64,000 nucleotides of DNA from Raillietiella orientalis (lineage: Eukaryota): positions 868,001 through 932,000 of the forward strand of contig JAYWIR010000035.1 in NCBI GenBank assembly GCA_036172245.1, read 5' to 3'. Position 1 is the stretch's first letter, and each line of letters opens with the position of its first letter. A program made the translations under genes and the position numbers. Under the pieces are notes generated by a model, which worked only from the letters and a program-made list of their open reading frames with translations, ran no database searches and was not told the origin of the DNA. This document shows, piece by piece, positions 1 through 13,270 of the stretch.

Positions 1-27
1 GGGGGATCGGTCTCTTCCTGCGCTGGC

Positions 28-33
28 TTTATA
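28..33 (-). promoter_or_regulatory. Possible TATA box (TATAAA) of a gene running off the left edge
   Basis: tttata at 28-33 in GC-rich context; the downstream gene is not visible in the window. Confidence 0.25.
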
Positions 34-2959
34 CGACTTTTGCCTCTGCCGGGTGTACTCCCCGTGCTCCTCAACTCCGCCGTTTCCCCTCGAAATCCTC
101 TTGGAAGGTACGCAAGCGGAGGACGCGAGCGGCAGATCTTCGTTCATCCAGCCCGTGGAAGGGTTGGATAAACGGAGATCTATCTGAACTCTGAATTCTA
201 CTTCTTCTACCGGATTCGAGAAAGTCTGCTTTGGATCAGCGACACAGGGCGCACAGCGGACCGAAAGGATTCCCCCGGAAGTCTCCGCGTCTGTTTCGCG
301 CGCGCGCACGACAACCTCAAAGCGACAGGTGGGATGGGGAACAAGATCACACTGCTCTTCCCTGAGCTGTACTCACGTTTCGGGCTTCTCCCTCGGCCAG
401 TGACTCTTGTGGTGTTGGAAATAACGGAAGAACCTATCAATTCGAAAGCTGCTACTGCTACCAGCACAAAAATCGACAAATACATTCTGGAAGCAGTCCC
501 GATGCAAAGTATTGTTTAGAAAAGAATCTTCGTCTGGTTTTAAGAAGGGGTCCAGGAAGTTCACACTTTAAGCTAATATTTGGAAGTTCTCAATGGCGTA
601 GCAAACAAGGATTTCCGCTACATGCTGAAGAGCGCGTTACGCGAATTTATTCCAGTGACCTCCGAAGCGTGAATCAGACCTTTCTGAGACCAGTTTTTCC
701 TTGCATCTTGGCGTTGCATCCGGATAAACAAATCCTTTGAAAGCTCCAAGCTTCCTCTAGGTTTCTGGAGCTTGAGCCGAAATGCAGTTCTTTTGAGTCG
801 AGTTCCTAGAGCAGAGACGTTTTGTTTTCGGAGAGAACTGCTCTCAAGAACTGACAGGTAGGTAGTAGATGCAGTGCTCTCTTTCCTTTGCCATTGACTC
901 AGTAACCAGGAAGTTCATTGCCCAACCTGAGACGGCAAAACGAACTCCTTCCATCGGATTAAAAAGAGGTTTCTAAAAAAAAAAAAAAAAAATCTGCGTG
1001 CTCTTTCATTTTTTATCGCGCACAATTGAAGATACTGATGCAATTTCCTCATGCACAAGAATTCGTCTTCTGGAAGGAATGCCTACTCCTCTCCAGGAGC
1101 AGTGCAGGGGAATTCTAGGAAGAGATCCCAAGGTTCTCTTCCGGCATTTGCTTCTCATGGGGATTTGGGCGAGGTGAGAAAAATTCGCGTTCTCTTTATA
1201 CATTGCCAAGTCAAAAAATAGGACGTTAAGATAGCCTTGTTTCCTTGTTCCTCCACGACTTCTTCAAGTACAAGGTCAGCTGGCTTTGGAACATGCCTTG
1301 GGCCACTCAGTTTTGTTCGCAATTTTCCTTCTTTTGTGCATGCTCTCTAGCACCACTGATTCAAGAGGGAACCTTCCACAGTATACGCCAACGTTCAGAA
1401 AGCATAACAAAGGTAACACTGTTTCAGTAGATCTCGATAGAAGATCCCTACTCAGATACGAAGACTCCCAAGTTGGAGCGGAGTTCACATTTCAAACTGG
1501 ATTTTCTCTCCGTGAAAAGCTGCAGGCGATTTGTTCCGGGAGAAGCCGGGACCGTCGTTTCCCGCTTGCCATGTGGATCGAAGCACGGCACTCCCTTCCA
1601 CAAATCAGTGCAGACTTCTTATTGATCCATCCATGACCTGTTTGTCGGAAGTTCTTCGCAACAAAAACAAGGAAACAGGCAAACACCTCAAGCGGCCCGC
1701 AGTTCAAATTTGAGGAAAGATGCTCTTGGCCAATGCGTCCACCTTGTAAACGCGGCCGCTGGTTCGGAACCCTGTAGTTCAGTGGAGTCATGAGAGGTTG
1801 GCATCCCAAGATGGTACTCACGGTTTTCACGACCGAGCGTACCCCAAGTGTTGCTGCTGCTGTGTTTGCACCAGCCGAGTGTAAGTGAGTAGTCACGTTC
1901 TCGAGCCTTCTTGAGGAAGATGCTTTCGCTGCTTTTTTTTTTTGCTTCGTAAAGTTACTTGCATGGCTTTCCAAACATCCCAGTGCACTTTTTATCTTTG
2001 GAATGATCTGCAATTTAAAACGGGAGATCAGCTATCCAGTTAAGATATTTCCTCAGGATACTCCAAGCGTGTTCTCGCTCGTGTGAGACACAAGTCTCAT
2101 CTCAGTCTCATTCTTTGTTTATCCTGCATCTGTGCAATGAGAGCTCCTCATCCTTTCACGCCATCACTTTTTTCCTGTAGAAACATGCTGCCTACGTGAA
2201 TCACGTGATGAAAAGGTACGGATGGGAAGATTCCACGACAAAAGAGAGACCCTGGAAAGGCCGAGTGTGTGCATTCTGCTAACTGCTTCATAAAGTGATG
2301 ATCCACGTGGATGTTTTTTCCAGGTTGCTCACTGCTTTCATTCGGTTTCATTTCTCAGGTGGACTCCAGTTATAAGTTCGCTCGCTCAGTGTGAGACTTC
2401 ATTCTGGGAATCCCTTGGAAACCTCATGGCAAAGTTATTTTTTACTTGCAGATGGCGCTGGCCATCAGCAGCAGATCCGCGGCGGTGCTGGAAAAGCAGA
2501 TGAATCAAATCTTCCCATTTTTGCCCTTCCATGTTGTACCACATTTTTTACGTGCTCCTCTTCGTGAGATGTGATCCTGCAGCAGTGACCGTCAGGTTTT
2601 TACAAACTCGGCCACGCCAGGACGTTTTCTCAGAGGTAAATAAACACAGGTTTACGTGTGTTGGAGGAACGGTTCGGGGAACGCCAACACGCAGGGCGGT
2701 GGCTCAGGGAACAGCGCGCAGGGCAAGGGGTTGAATGGGCAGTGGGAGAACAAAAAATAGAGAGCTATGTGATACGATGAAACACTGGGCGCAAGAGCTT
2801 ATCGTCTCTGGGAAGTGAGGAGGTGAGCGGGAAGGAAAAGCCGATCTCCGGGTTTCTGTCCCGCGTCCGAGTGACGTCCTCTTTGAATTCGGGACGGAGA
2901 CGACGCTATCCTACCAACCTCCGCATCATGGATGAGATGAAACGAATGGTCATACGCCT

Positions 2960-3400
2960 GTGCTGCCTCTGATCCACTGCTTGGAGGTCCGCGACTGCTG
3001 CTCGGATGCGACACGATCGGCAGCCAGCGGCCCAGCGGTCCAGAGTTCTCGCGGTATGGGAAAAGAGCTGCCGAAGGACTCCTTCGGTGTAGCCACCTGC
3101 CCGTCATCTGCTGAGGAGGAACTCGCGCCCCAGCACGCCTGGTACAGATCAGACAGCGTTCGTCCCTTTCGTCCGGTGGAGCCGGGGGTGGTCGCACGGG
3201 AAACCTCAGTGCAGGAAGTGGATGGCAGCGTGCTGACCACCGAAAGGACCTTCCAGGAGGGGGGGATCTCGAGATCGTGTTTACCCAACGGAATTGGCTG
3301 CAGACAACGCGGTGCTGTCCTTGGGCCGTAATGTCGTGGCGTCTGATGTCTGCCATGCAGCAGGAAACCTCCCACTCAACCAGTTGATCACCGTTATCAT
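2960..3400 (+). mobile_element. Decayed gag-like ORF1 of L1/Tx1-type element X
   Basis: Translation ...GVVARETSVQEVDGSVLTTERTF...LPNG...CRGV*CLPCSRK resembles L1/Tx1 ORF1 ending in a degenerate zinc knuckle; it lies upstream of APE motifs. Confidence 0.4.
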
Positions 3401-3789
3401 GCTTCCGAGGGGAGGACAGAGCTGACGGCAAAGGGAATGGCGGAGAAGCGTGCTCACTTCGATCTCACTTGGGATCCCATCGAAGCTCTCAGAAGACCAC
3501 CATTTCAAAGCATTGGTCTGAGAGACACTCGTGGCCGTGTATTTACAACCTCCGGAGCTGCGCGCTGCGATCCAGTGGCAGTCGGGTGCTCTGTGTGTGC
3601 CTCCATAGCAGGAAGGCCGAGTCTCCCCGGAAGAACGCCGAGCCCCTCAGCCTGCTATGGTTCCGGGGGGGGGGGGATGAGAAAAGATGTTCTTCTCGAA
3701 GCTCGCCGAAGAACGTTGCGCGTGCAGGAGGCACCATGGCCCGTCCGCTGGCGGGTCATGGACACAGTCCGAGAAACTGGACCTGCACT

Positions 3790-4391
3790 TCCGGTCCCTC
3801 CAACGTTTAGCATGCCGGATCCCTAGTATCCCGCGGAGACAGCAGGTCTTCTGAATGCTTTCAGGATATCGCCGCACTCCACGGGACTCTTAGAAGAAGC
3901 CATCCTGAACTCTCTTTTTTTCGTATCGTAGGGAGGGGAATGGAGGCGGAAGCAAAAAGATCGCAAAAGGGGGGGCGAGAAAAGCGTCCCCGAATCGCGG
4001 CGGTACATTCCGTCAAGAGAACCTCGTAGCCTAGGAACGGCACGAGGGTCTCCCCTGCTTCCTGGAGGACGCCGGCAAGGTGGTCGGTCTCTTGTGCCGT
4101 CCGAGGAGTCGAGGGGGGACTTTCGGACTTTCGGACAAGTGTTGGCCGACGCGGCTGCACCCCGCTTCCGAGTGAGGGAACTCCGCCGGTGGGCCGAAAC
4201 TCCGGATGAACTCCAGATGTGCGTCCCTCATTTGTGCCTGGACGGCTTCTTTCTTCTCATGTGACCGGACCTCAAGTAGTGCTCCTCTTCCACTAAGGTC
4301 TCCCTTGCAGCGAGCTACTGCACCACGTGACGAAGGGAGGACGTCTTCCTGGAGCTTGGCAGATGCGGGTCCACGCCTGCTGCTGAACCAC
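3790..4391 (+). mobile_element. N-terminal part of APE endonuclease of element X (frameshifted)
   Basis: Degenerate APE motifs in the expected order across frames: SNV (NVxG), QDIAALHGT (DIxxLQET), EDAGKVVGL (DxxGR), LCLDGFF..DRT (GDFN..DR), SLADAG (LxDxWR). Confidence 0.55.
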
Positions 4392-4837
4392 TTCCGGAGA
4401 AAGACCTGCAGTGGCCCCCGGTGCTCATGAATACCAGCACCCTCTTCTTAAAGTGGCAAGAGTCCGCGTTGATGCTGCTGCACTGAGGTGTCCCATGCAA
4501 CACTCGCTGGCATCATTGGATGCAGGGGTGTGTGGATCCAAACTGTGCAAGGTGCGGGGAGCGGAAATCCCTCCCGCATCTGCTCGTGGACTGTCTTACC
4601 CTCCGGCTCCTTTGGGGACGCTTTACCGCGACCCTTGGAACCCCCGGAGGAAACTCCAGGGACATTTGAAAGCGTCTCTTCCTGAGAGACGCCTTTATGC
4701 CCGCCGCATCCGTAGCAGCACTGCGCTGCCTACGCGGCAGGACCGTGGTTGCATGGAGCAACGCCAGAGGAGGCCAGGACGACAGGGACGCCATCTATTT
4801 TGCTGTCCTCTTCATGAGGACAGCGTCAAGATGGCCC
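4392..4837 (+). repeat. 446-bp inverted repeat, left arm (partner 6997-7442)
   Basis: Reverse complement of 6997-7442; only about 2 substitutions seen by eye; near-identical ORF translations on opposite strands. Confidence 0.95.
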
Positions 4838-5060
4838 CATCCGGGAACCATAAAACAGGAACTTGCCGGTATCTTTACAAGGATGCAGAGGATAACCTCC
4901 AGCAAACAGTGATCCCTTTCCGAATCCTCTCTCCCTAATTCTTTGACTGCATTTTTCGTTTTAATTTTTCCTTTTTGTTTGTCTTTCCTTTACCTGTGCT
5001 GCCTAGGTAGACCTTGCCGCTCTGGGTGCCAGTTCCCGGCAGGTTCATTGACCTTCATAA
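4392..5060 (+). mobile_element. C-terminal CCHC zinc-binding end of ORF2 plus T-rich 3' UTR of element Y
   Basis: CARCGERKSLPHLLVDC (C-x2-C-x7-H-x4-C); stop at 4912, then a T-rich tract; homologous to 27600-28150 (-). Confidence 0.7.
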
Positions 5061-5229
5061 TTCACCTATTTGCACGTCCTCCCGTCCCATGCTCCGAGCA
5101 ACTTCGAAAGTTGACCCGCGGGTCCGCGAGCCGTCTCGATTGAACTTCTGTTTGTTTGATTTTTTTTTCTTTGAATCACAAGAAATTACTACGTTCCTTG
5201 TTTGATGTGATTTTATGTTTTTTTTAAAC

Positions 5230-6996
5230 ACAAATAAACGCCCCGGGGCAAGCGGGCGAAAAGCCTTTTGAAGGCATCCAGACTACGTTTCTGTAATGCG
5301 GAAGTCGCCCATGGGTACACCAAGGTCCCGGAATGGACTACCCACGGATGTTCCAAAATGGATCCAGTCTGGCTGTTCGGCCCCCAATGCTGCCGCTGCA
5401 TCGACTTCGTTTTGCTGAACGGCTCATGTCCGCTCTCGTGAGTATCACTTCGACAGATCCCTCGGGAGACGCATCCGGCGTGGACATTGGTAACAGGAGA
5501 AGAAGGCAGTTCGCATAGGCCGACACGGCCAGTGCACAGGGCAAGAAGGCAGCAGAGTCTCTGAAACCCATTCGTTGCTGATCTGAAGCATCGGCTGGAG
5601 CTGTGTCTCTACTGGATCCCCAGCCGCAGGCATGCTGTGCACGCGACCGGTTGCCTATGGTTCGGTACTTCAAGTACTTCGATGTACCGTTGGAAGACTT
5701 TTTCCAGGAGGAGGCGTCCATCTGTCTTCAGAAGGTGGAGTCGTCTCTCAACTTGTTCCAGGATGGCAAGTTCCTCTCGCAGGAATCGGCCGTCGTTAGA
5801 AAGACGTTTGTGGCTTTCATCCTCTGTCCCCTGCTTTTTGCTTGCCCACCTGTCAGTGGTATGAAAAAGGGGTCTAAGCACGTTCTGCGAAAAACCTTCC
5901 TGGGAACGCAAGGGTCCCTGGTCGGCTCGTAGGGCCCGTAGGCGCTCCGTTTCGGGGCGATGGTCTTGACCTGCTGATGTTGGAGCAGATGATGGAGCGA
6001 CAACCGCAGTTCAGAAGACTGTCTCTGGCAGGAAAATACTAGACCACCCATTGGCGTCTAGCACTCATTCTGTCCAAGACCCGAGCAGACGGATCAGAAC
6101 TTACATCTTTCCTGATCTACAGCCACAGAGGACTGTCCCGATGTGGGTACCAGCTTCGGCAGATGGTTGCCTTGACGCAGGATCAAGAATGGATTCCCTG
6201 TTCGTCCATGAACTGTAGTACCTAGAAACAGTTCACACGATCTCGGAGAAACGCAGTCTCTGAGGTAATGAGGTACAGCTCTCGCTGCTCGTTGAAGGAG
6301 ACCGTGAAACGCCTTCTCGTGGGTCCAAAGAACCTCGATTGCTGCAGCGCTGTCTTCCTTTCCAGGGAGCAGTGACAGTGACGACCCGGAAGGCTGGCAG
6401 GTGTCCCGTAATATGTCAAGGGAAAAAACCGTTGGGCTATTGGAAAGCGTGTCAGTTGGCTGATGCTTCCACCCCCGCTGAAAATCTCTGCCGGATGAAT
6501 CTCCTCTAAATCCCCTTGGAGGAAGTGGAGATCCACGCGGTATTTTTGGACGTCTCCCTCCTTCGCCTGAAGCGGTAGGACTCGAAGTTGCGACTGCTGC
6601 ATTGGTCTGTTCCATGCATTTCTCACCTCCACCACTGACCAGGGCAATTGTAGCCCCAGGCTGTGGCAGGTGCGGTGCAAGGGAGAGCATCCCGCGCCCA
6701 ATTTTTGAGTGTGCTGCCCTCCAGGGTGTTTGGGAATGTTTGGCTGCGTCTCTGGACTCACCCAGCCTGACAACGCGTGAAGCGCGTTGAGAGGCCTCTT
6801 CACTCGCTGCGGAGCTTTGCCTGCGGCGAGCGTCCGCAGCTCTGTGCTGTTGCTTACGCGTTGTCGCGGTGGCAGAAAGCTGCGATGATGACGGAGGCCA
6901 CACGACCAGAGACGCCGCCCCGTTGAGGATGACCAAGGGATGATCACATTTCTCTCGGCACAAAGATGGACTTGCCGGAGTACTGGTTTCCAGATT
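5230..6996 (-). mobile_element. End of APE, linker and RT of element X (inverted, frameshifted)
   Basis: CDHPLVIL...VWPPSSSQL (SDH..WxLNxSL), then RFLREEL, LRLGIQ (GxxQG), VSAYANCLLL (YADD box) and PFRDLGVPMG (YLG box). Confidence 0.7.
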
Positions 6997-7442
6997 GGGC
7001 CATCTTGACGCTGTCCTCATGAAGAGGACAGCAAAATAGATGGCGTCCCTGTCGTCCTGGCCTCCTCTGGCGTTGCTCCATGCAACCACGGTCCTGCCGC
7101 GTAGGCAGCGCAGTGCTGCTACGGATGCGGCGGGCATAAAGGCGTCTCTCAGGAAGAGATGCTTTCAAATGTCCCTGGAGTTTCCTCCGGGGGTTCCAAG
7201 GGTCGCGGTAAAGCGTCCCCAAAGGAGCCGGAGGGTAAGACAGTCCACGAGCAGATGCGGGAGGGATTTCCGCTCCCCGCACCTTGCACAGTTTGGATCC
7301 ACACACCCCTGCATCCAATGATGCCAGCGAGTGTTGCATGGGACACCTCAGTGCAGCAGCATCAACGCGGACTCTTGCCACTTTAAGAAGAGGGTGCTGG
7401 TATTCATGAGCACCGGGGGCCACTGCAGGTCTTCCTCCGGAA
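6997..7442 (-). repeat. 446-bp inverted repeat, right arm (partner 4392-4837)
   Basis: Direct sequence comparison with 4392-4837. Confidence 0.95.
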
Positions 7443-8420
7443 TACCCAGTAGCATGCCCCATCGCAAAAGTCCACGAGGTCGAGCACTCGGATTCGCAGC
7501 GTCGGTGAGCTGGCCCGTCGTCCACTCGTCGAGTCCTCTTCTCCTTCCGAAGATTTCCACAGTAACCTCCCACCTGGCCGTAAGGCTGTTTTCCATGTGC
7601 TCCTTAAGAAAGGACAGCTCGGCAGCGAGGGAGGCCTGGTTGGAGCCACCGGAAACCTGTGCGGGGGCGATCTCCGCCAAGACTGTCGGTTTGGCTTCTT
7701 GTCGCCCACCTTGCTCGATCCGGATGAGGTTCTGCAGCTGCCAAGTACGACGCAGTACTGCCGCCTGCCCAAGGTCTACGCGTGCAGCAGGATGGTGTCC
7801 ATGGTTTTGCCCTGGAACGACATAAATCTGTCCCGGGGTCTGCCGTCTCTCTCTCGGTCGCGCAGTCTACGGTTTCGGCTTGACCTACGAGCTCGGGACT
7901 GTGGCCGGACGCCAGCTGCGCAAATCTCCTCCTTCAGGGAGCCAACGAACCCTCACCGATCGGAAGGATGCGGGTGTGCAGTCTGTTTCCCCGATCGGGT
8001 TTGTTAGCTGCTGATGGGTCAGGTCACTCCAGTTCCCCCCTCCAGGCACCGGTGAAGCTTCGCCGGCGGGTCGTCTCTCCCTGTTGCTTTTCGCCTCCTG
8101 GGCTTGTGCGGTGGGATCCAAAAATTCCTCAGCGGCGAGAGAGGCTCGTTGGAGATCGCGCGCAGCTTCTACCCTGTGGCGGGAGCGCCTCCCGGTCTAC
8201 GCTCGCTTATACAGGAAAGAGTGGAACAACCTTGAGCGGATGAGAATTTCATCTGGAGCCGAGGGCTCGTGACCTTTCTCCTCCAGAAGGCATGTTGCCC
8301 TCGTACCCGGCTCGGTATCCCGCCAGCCGATGGACGCCCGCTCTCTGGGAGAGGGTGCGTGCCCGCAGGAAGGCGCTGCTGCCACACCCTCCATCAGGTT
8401 GTCGGAAAAGTCCAAGGCCA
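6997..8420 (-). mobile_element. Internally deleted Tx1-like ORF2 of element Y (RT N-terminus fused to C-terminal region)
   Basis: PASFRSVRVRWLPEGGDLRSWRP...QIYVVPG matches the Tx1-type LPK.GDL...WRP...Q.Y.VPGR; followed by GQLTDAANPSARPRGL..W and the CCHC motif. Confidence 0.75.
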
Positions 8421-8949
8421 GGACTAACAGTAGCCCAAGCGGAAGCGCGCGAAAGCTGATGAGGAGTCTCTGTTCTGCCTTTGAGGAGTGCAGCCATCTG
8501 TAGACGTGTGGTGCATGTGGTTCTCAAAGCAATGCTCCATGTGGCTGTATTGTGAGGTTTTTTTTTTTTCCAACAAGTAGATCCATTTGTTCTTAGGAAG
8601 TGAGTTCAAGTCCACCCAGTGGAGAATGGCAGCTATCCCGAGTTCAGAAACTCCTGAACCTACTCTCTAGATTTGTAGGGAAGGAATTTTCCTTAGTAGC
8701 CACATGAAGAACCACCATTTTCTAGCTGACGTCGGCAATTGGCCCGGAAAGGATCTTTACTCAGCTATCTGCTTACGTTACGTGTGAATGATAGGCATGG
8801 AAACTGTACTGAAGGGAAAAAGAAAAATAGGGCAAATATGCCTTTCAGACATGAGTAACTCATTCCCACCGTCATAGGGTACTGCGAGTAGAAAGGCTGA
8901 ATCCTAAAAGGGTGGAAATTTCATCCTGTGATCCAAAGGAATGCTAGAG

Positions 8950-9780
8950 AGACATCTTTTGTGATTCGGCAGCCGATCCTTTTTTGCAGCGTTTGAAGAA
9001 ATGCTTGTACCAAGAGGCGGCTGAGATGGGCGAGGAAGTTCCTTCGTTCACTGCTTCAGCACCATGACGTCCCTCCGACGGAACCTTTGAATGATCCCAA
9101 TGATCCTTCCCTATAGAGATCCTTTCGTCAAAGAAATGCTGTTCCAACAGAGAGATCGTCTATCGCATGTGAGCCTTGGCATGGTGACTGACCGAACCCA
9201 GCAGTGGATTCGACACTACCCTAATCTATATAATTTGACATTTTTCTCTAATTACGTTCAATTTTATCTCTGTTTTCTGATGTCCCTTCTAAGTTCTCGT
9301 GCTTCCCAGGATTCCCTTCTTTCGTCTTCCCGGTTTTTCTTGCAGTCTTTTTTCTTTCCAGGTTTTCTTTTTTTTTGGTTCACTGAGTACCTGACGAACC
9401 GTCGGGCACCTGGAGGCTCATGGAGCTCTTTGACACGGCTCCACGCCACCCGAGGGTGCGTGTTAACTCTTCAAGTTAGGAATACTCTTTAAGGAGGGGA
9501 CCACTCCTATGAATCCAGGAGGGCTCCGGAGAAGAGAGTCCGTTCCTCTCACACCTGGAGAGGTATCTCCGAAGGGACGCTTCCGAAATTTCTCAGAAGG
9601 GACGCTCCTTGAAGGGAGCGGCGCGCTTCTCTGCACTATAGAGAGGTGCCACACCTACTCCATGGTACAAGGCGGAAGTTCCCCACCCCCCCGCCGAAGT
9701 AGGGGTCCTCTCCTTTGAAAAACCGGAGCGAAACCTCAACCCCTTGACTCCCTCCTTTGTGAAGCTCAGACCTTTTTCGT
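8950..9780 (-). mobile_element. ORF1 end, ORF2 start and APE remnant of an L1/Tx1-type element (possibly the 5' part of Y)
   Basis: 9480-9780 aligns with 33200-33530 (+) and 61180-61640; RVAWSRVKELHEP resembles an APE start; SERRNFLAHLSRLL near 9040. Confidence 0.45.
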
Positions 9781-12329
9781 GGTAGTGCTATGTGTGAGAT
9801 CCTCTCAGAACTGCAAGATGCACTGTGAATCGGATCTGCAAATTTCAAGGAGGGAGATGTCAAGAGAGAAAAACCCATAAAGGCTGAGAGAAGCTGGATA
9901 CAAAAAGCCGAAACAGCGCTTCAGCAAACCCGTAGAGCACTCAGGAGCATCTCCTCTGGAAGGGTTGGCAGAGATTCGTTGCTTCGGCAGATATTTCTTG
10001 GAACAGACGCGCTATTTGTTCTCGGTTCCTTCCTAGCGATTGGAGAATGTTCTGTGCCTGCATTTTCTGCTTAGTGATGGGTGAAGAATGCAATTTCTCA
10101 GAGGGAATGTTTGGAGATCGATGGATCCGAACAAGAAAAGAAATCCTTTCGGAAAGCAAACGAATTCTGTGGAATCCTTTCCTAAGCGTGCTACTTTGCA
10201 CTGGGCCCATGACCCCACCAAGTTGGACACGAATTTAGAGCTCGTCCCTCTCAGTGTCCAGCGGATGGTGCTTCCGAGCCCCTCTGAATCGGACAACGGA
10301 ACGGCAGAAACGAACATGATTGAGGACAGATGCAAAGGCAGGACGCGATTCGGTCACTTGGACTGTCGCTCAAATGAAGGCTATCTCCTCTCCTGCAAAT
10401 TTTTTGCGGATTGCAAGGCAGTGATTTCTGCATAGTACCATCTGATCCGACGCTTCAGGGTCAGACTCTCTCAACTGGAGGACACCACCGCTGACAGAAT
10501 GAGTTCCAAACGCATGCGTGTCTAAAGACGTGGGGACGAAATTCGAGTTTTTGTGGGCACTTGCTCTCAAAGAAAAAACCTTGTCGATCGTCACATGTGC
10601 TCTCATTTGTTTTTCCTGTTCATGTTTTCAAGCACCTCAAAGGCTCCTCCTAACTGCTTCCATTTGTGTCATGCTCATGATTTCCCGTAACTGCTGCGCT
10701 CTCATCAACTGGAGACTCAACTCGGGCATCACGAACTGTGCACCATCAACCGAAGAAGAATCGGTGAGGCAGTAGTAAAACAAATGTGGCGAGCTATGTG
10801 ATTACAAAGAAGATTCTCTTTCCTCTCGACTTGAGGAACTCTTTGGTGTCGGCAATTGGGATGATGCAAAATATCATTGCCGCCATATATGGAATCGTCG
10901 TACTGAATGGAGGGGACAGTGTTCCATTCGGTCGCCCTAAGCATCCGAGTTAAAACTCCCCAGTCTGTCTCAGGTGAATATCAATCAAATAAAAGCACAA
11001 CATTCCGGGATAATTAATAAACACCTAATCACCTGAATGATTGAGTCGGTTTCTTCATTTCTAATTCAGAGCTTTCTAGAGTTGCGCTTTTATTTCCCGA
11101 CGGAGAGCGGAGTTTCGTTGCCATAGAAACTAATGGAGGAAGATGTTGGGTACCATTATTAAGTGTTCCTGTATGCTGAATAATGGGAATTTTTACATTT
11201 CCTCGTTGAAAATATTCTAGAATTGAGGAAAGAAAAATAGATTCGTTTTCGAGGAGAGACAAAAGTCACTTTCTGGTTAGTGTTGCGATGATCGTTACTA
11301 CGGAGCTGCAAGAAAGCGCTTCTTAGCTACGATTCTTTCAAGTTCAAGAGAAAAACAAACAAACAAACGGTTTGAATGAATTCAAACTGCAAATTTCAGT
11401 TATCGATGCTGCGGGATCAGATTCTCAGACGAGATCCTCATGGAGCGTGTACACCCCACCCCGATCTACTAGTTCCAAAGTTACGGAATAAACTCCGTTT
11501 CCAGCACCCAGGTAGGAGTAAGAAGACAGAGATTGGGAAATAGGAATCATGTACCCTACTTTAAAGACCTTCTTCGCAAACACAATGCAAGTCGTCTGAA
11601 GATGACGGACTCGGAATGATTAGCAGGTTTTGGAACACGCTCCGATAAAAAATCTTAAATTTCAAAGTAGGTGACACCTTTCGCTTAAACATGTCGCGGA
11701 AATTCGCCTCTCTTGGAAGGACTATGCGAAGAGCTGACCGACGGATCTCAGAAACAAAAAACAACAACCGACTCTCCCCCCCCCCTGTTCTCCCTCCCCG
11801 AACTCTGTGAAAAGCTGCTGTGTTCCCATAACACAACCAAGGTTTGAAATTGTTATGAGTCGTTCCGTTGGGATGCTCCTGCAGACATGGCCTTAACGAC
11901 TGGATCACCCAATGCTACTCTAATGCAAAAACACTTTGACAATTATACATAGGCAGGCATCTGTTTGAATCCATTATGCACGGAAGTGGCACGTTTCGAA
12001 GATGCGGACCCTCTGCAGGTAAGGTGAACTTGTTTCCCCGATGTTTCGGAACTCGCTTCTCATGCACGCGCTCTCAAGGAGCAAGATGAGAAGAGCAACA
12101 GCAGTTCTGGTGGACTCAGAAGGCTAACCGTCCGTGCACATAAGAACGAGCCAGACAGAAGATATGGACGAGTGCTGGATAAGAGGAAGAAATTACATAC
12201 ACACGTGTTCTGTAGCGTAAGATGGATATCCAAAACTCAACCTTCCTCTGCGGGAGACGGCTGAATCGAAAGAAATTTGCTCCCGATGATTCATTAACAG
12301 CAAAGCAAGATTTCGAGCCGAACAGTTCT

Positions 12330-13270
12330 GGAATCAGGTAACGCCAACCGTGGGCTGTGAAGTTCTGGTGGGTTTCCTCCCCCAATTCCTTCTAAATGCT
12401 GATGTCTGCTCAACTGCAATTCTTATTCCTTCTTCCAGACCACTCACAGTTTCCCTAAGCACAACGCAAGATGGTGTCCAGGTGACCAGGAAAGGGAGGC
12501 AGCGAAAAGCATTATGCATGCGTTCGGTAAAATGGGCAACTGTTGCTCAGAGTGAAGGGTCCCTGAGTAGCAGTTGCCCAAGACGGTGCATTGCAGCCCC
12601 AACTTCTTCTCCCAGTCAGAAGCTTGAGTCATCCTGAGAGCTCTGCTGAGGAGTTTGCTTCCGAGTCCGCATCCAATGATTGCGATGATCTGGGGTCAGT
12701 CCCTCCGTGCCCCAAGGAACCCGTCAGTTCCGATTTCACTGCAGACTGAAAATCCAGCCCTGAAATACATCCCTGAATGGTTGTGAATTGCAACCTGAGA
12801 GCTTCTGCATCTGAATTCACAGAAACCAACGCTAGCGGAAAGATCTCCTGCCGCATAACGCCGCCAGTCGCCCCTAGGATGCAGAGGACTCTCCTGAAGC
12901 ACTCAACCGCTGCCTAGGTTTTTGCTTTGGTTCCCAGAGGAAGAAGTGATCGCTCGGAACACTTTTAGAGAGAACGCGAGCCACCTCAGGGCTATCGCGA
13001 ACTCATTCCACGAGTGCCACTTTTGCCTCTGGGCAAATCCGCGCGGCACATCTTCTGGGCTCAATCTTCTGTTCATGAGGAAGCGCGTTCAAGAAACGAG
13101 TGTCTTCACGAGACAGCGATTTCCTGAAAGTCGCTTGTCCGGGGTGCTCGGAGGATCCTGGGCTGCACGCGACTTTCCACAGAGGTTCGAGCGGACTCGA
13201 AAAGAAGGAAACCGGAGAGCTCAGAACGTGGGAGGAAGGGTGCAAAGCACCACCTTTATTTTTCATGGTC
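12330..13270 (-). mobile_element. Very decayed non-LTR RT fragment
   Basis: FLNALP (pre-RT), PLALVSVNSDAEAL (RPISLLNxDxK-like) and ASDWEKKL (LDxEKAFD-like) in the expected order, with many stops. Confidence 0.35.
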
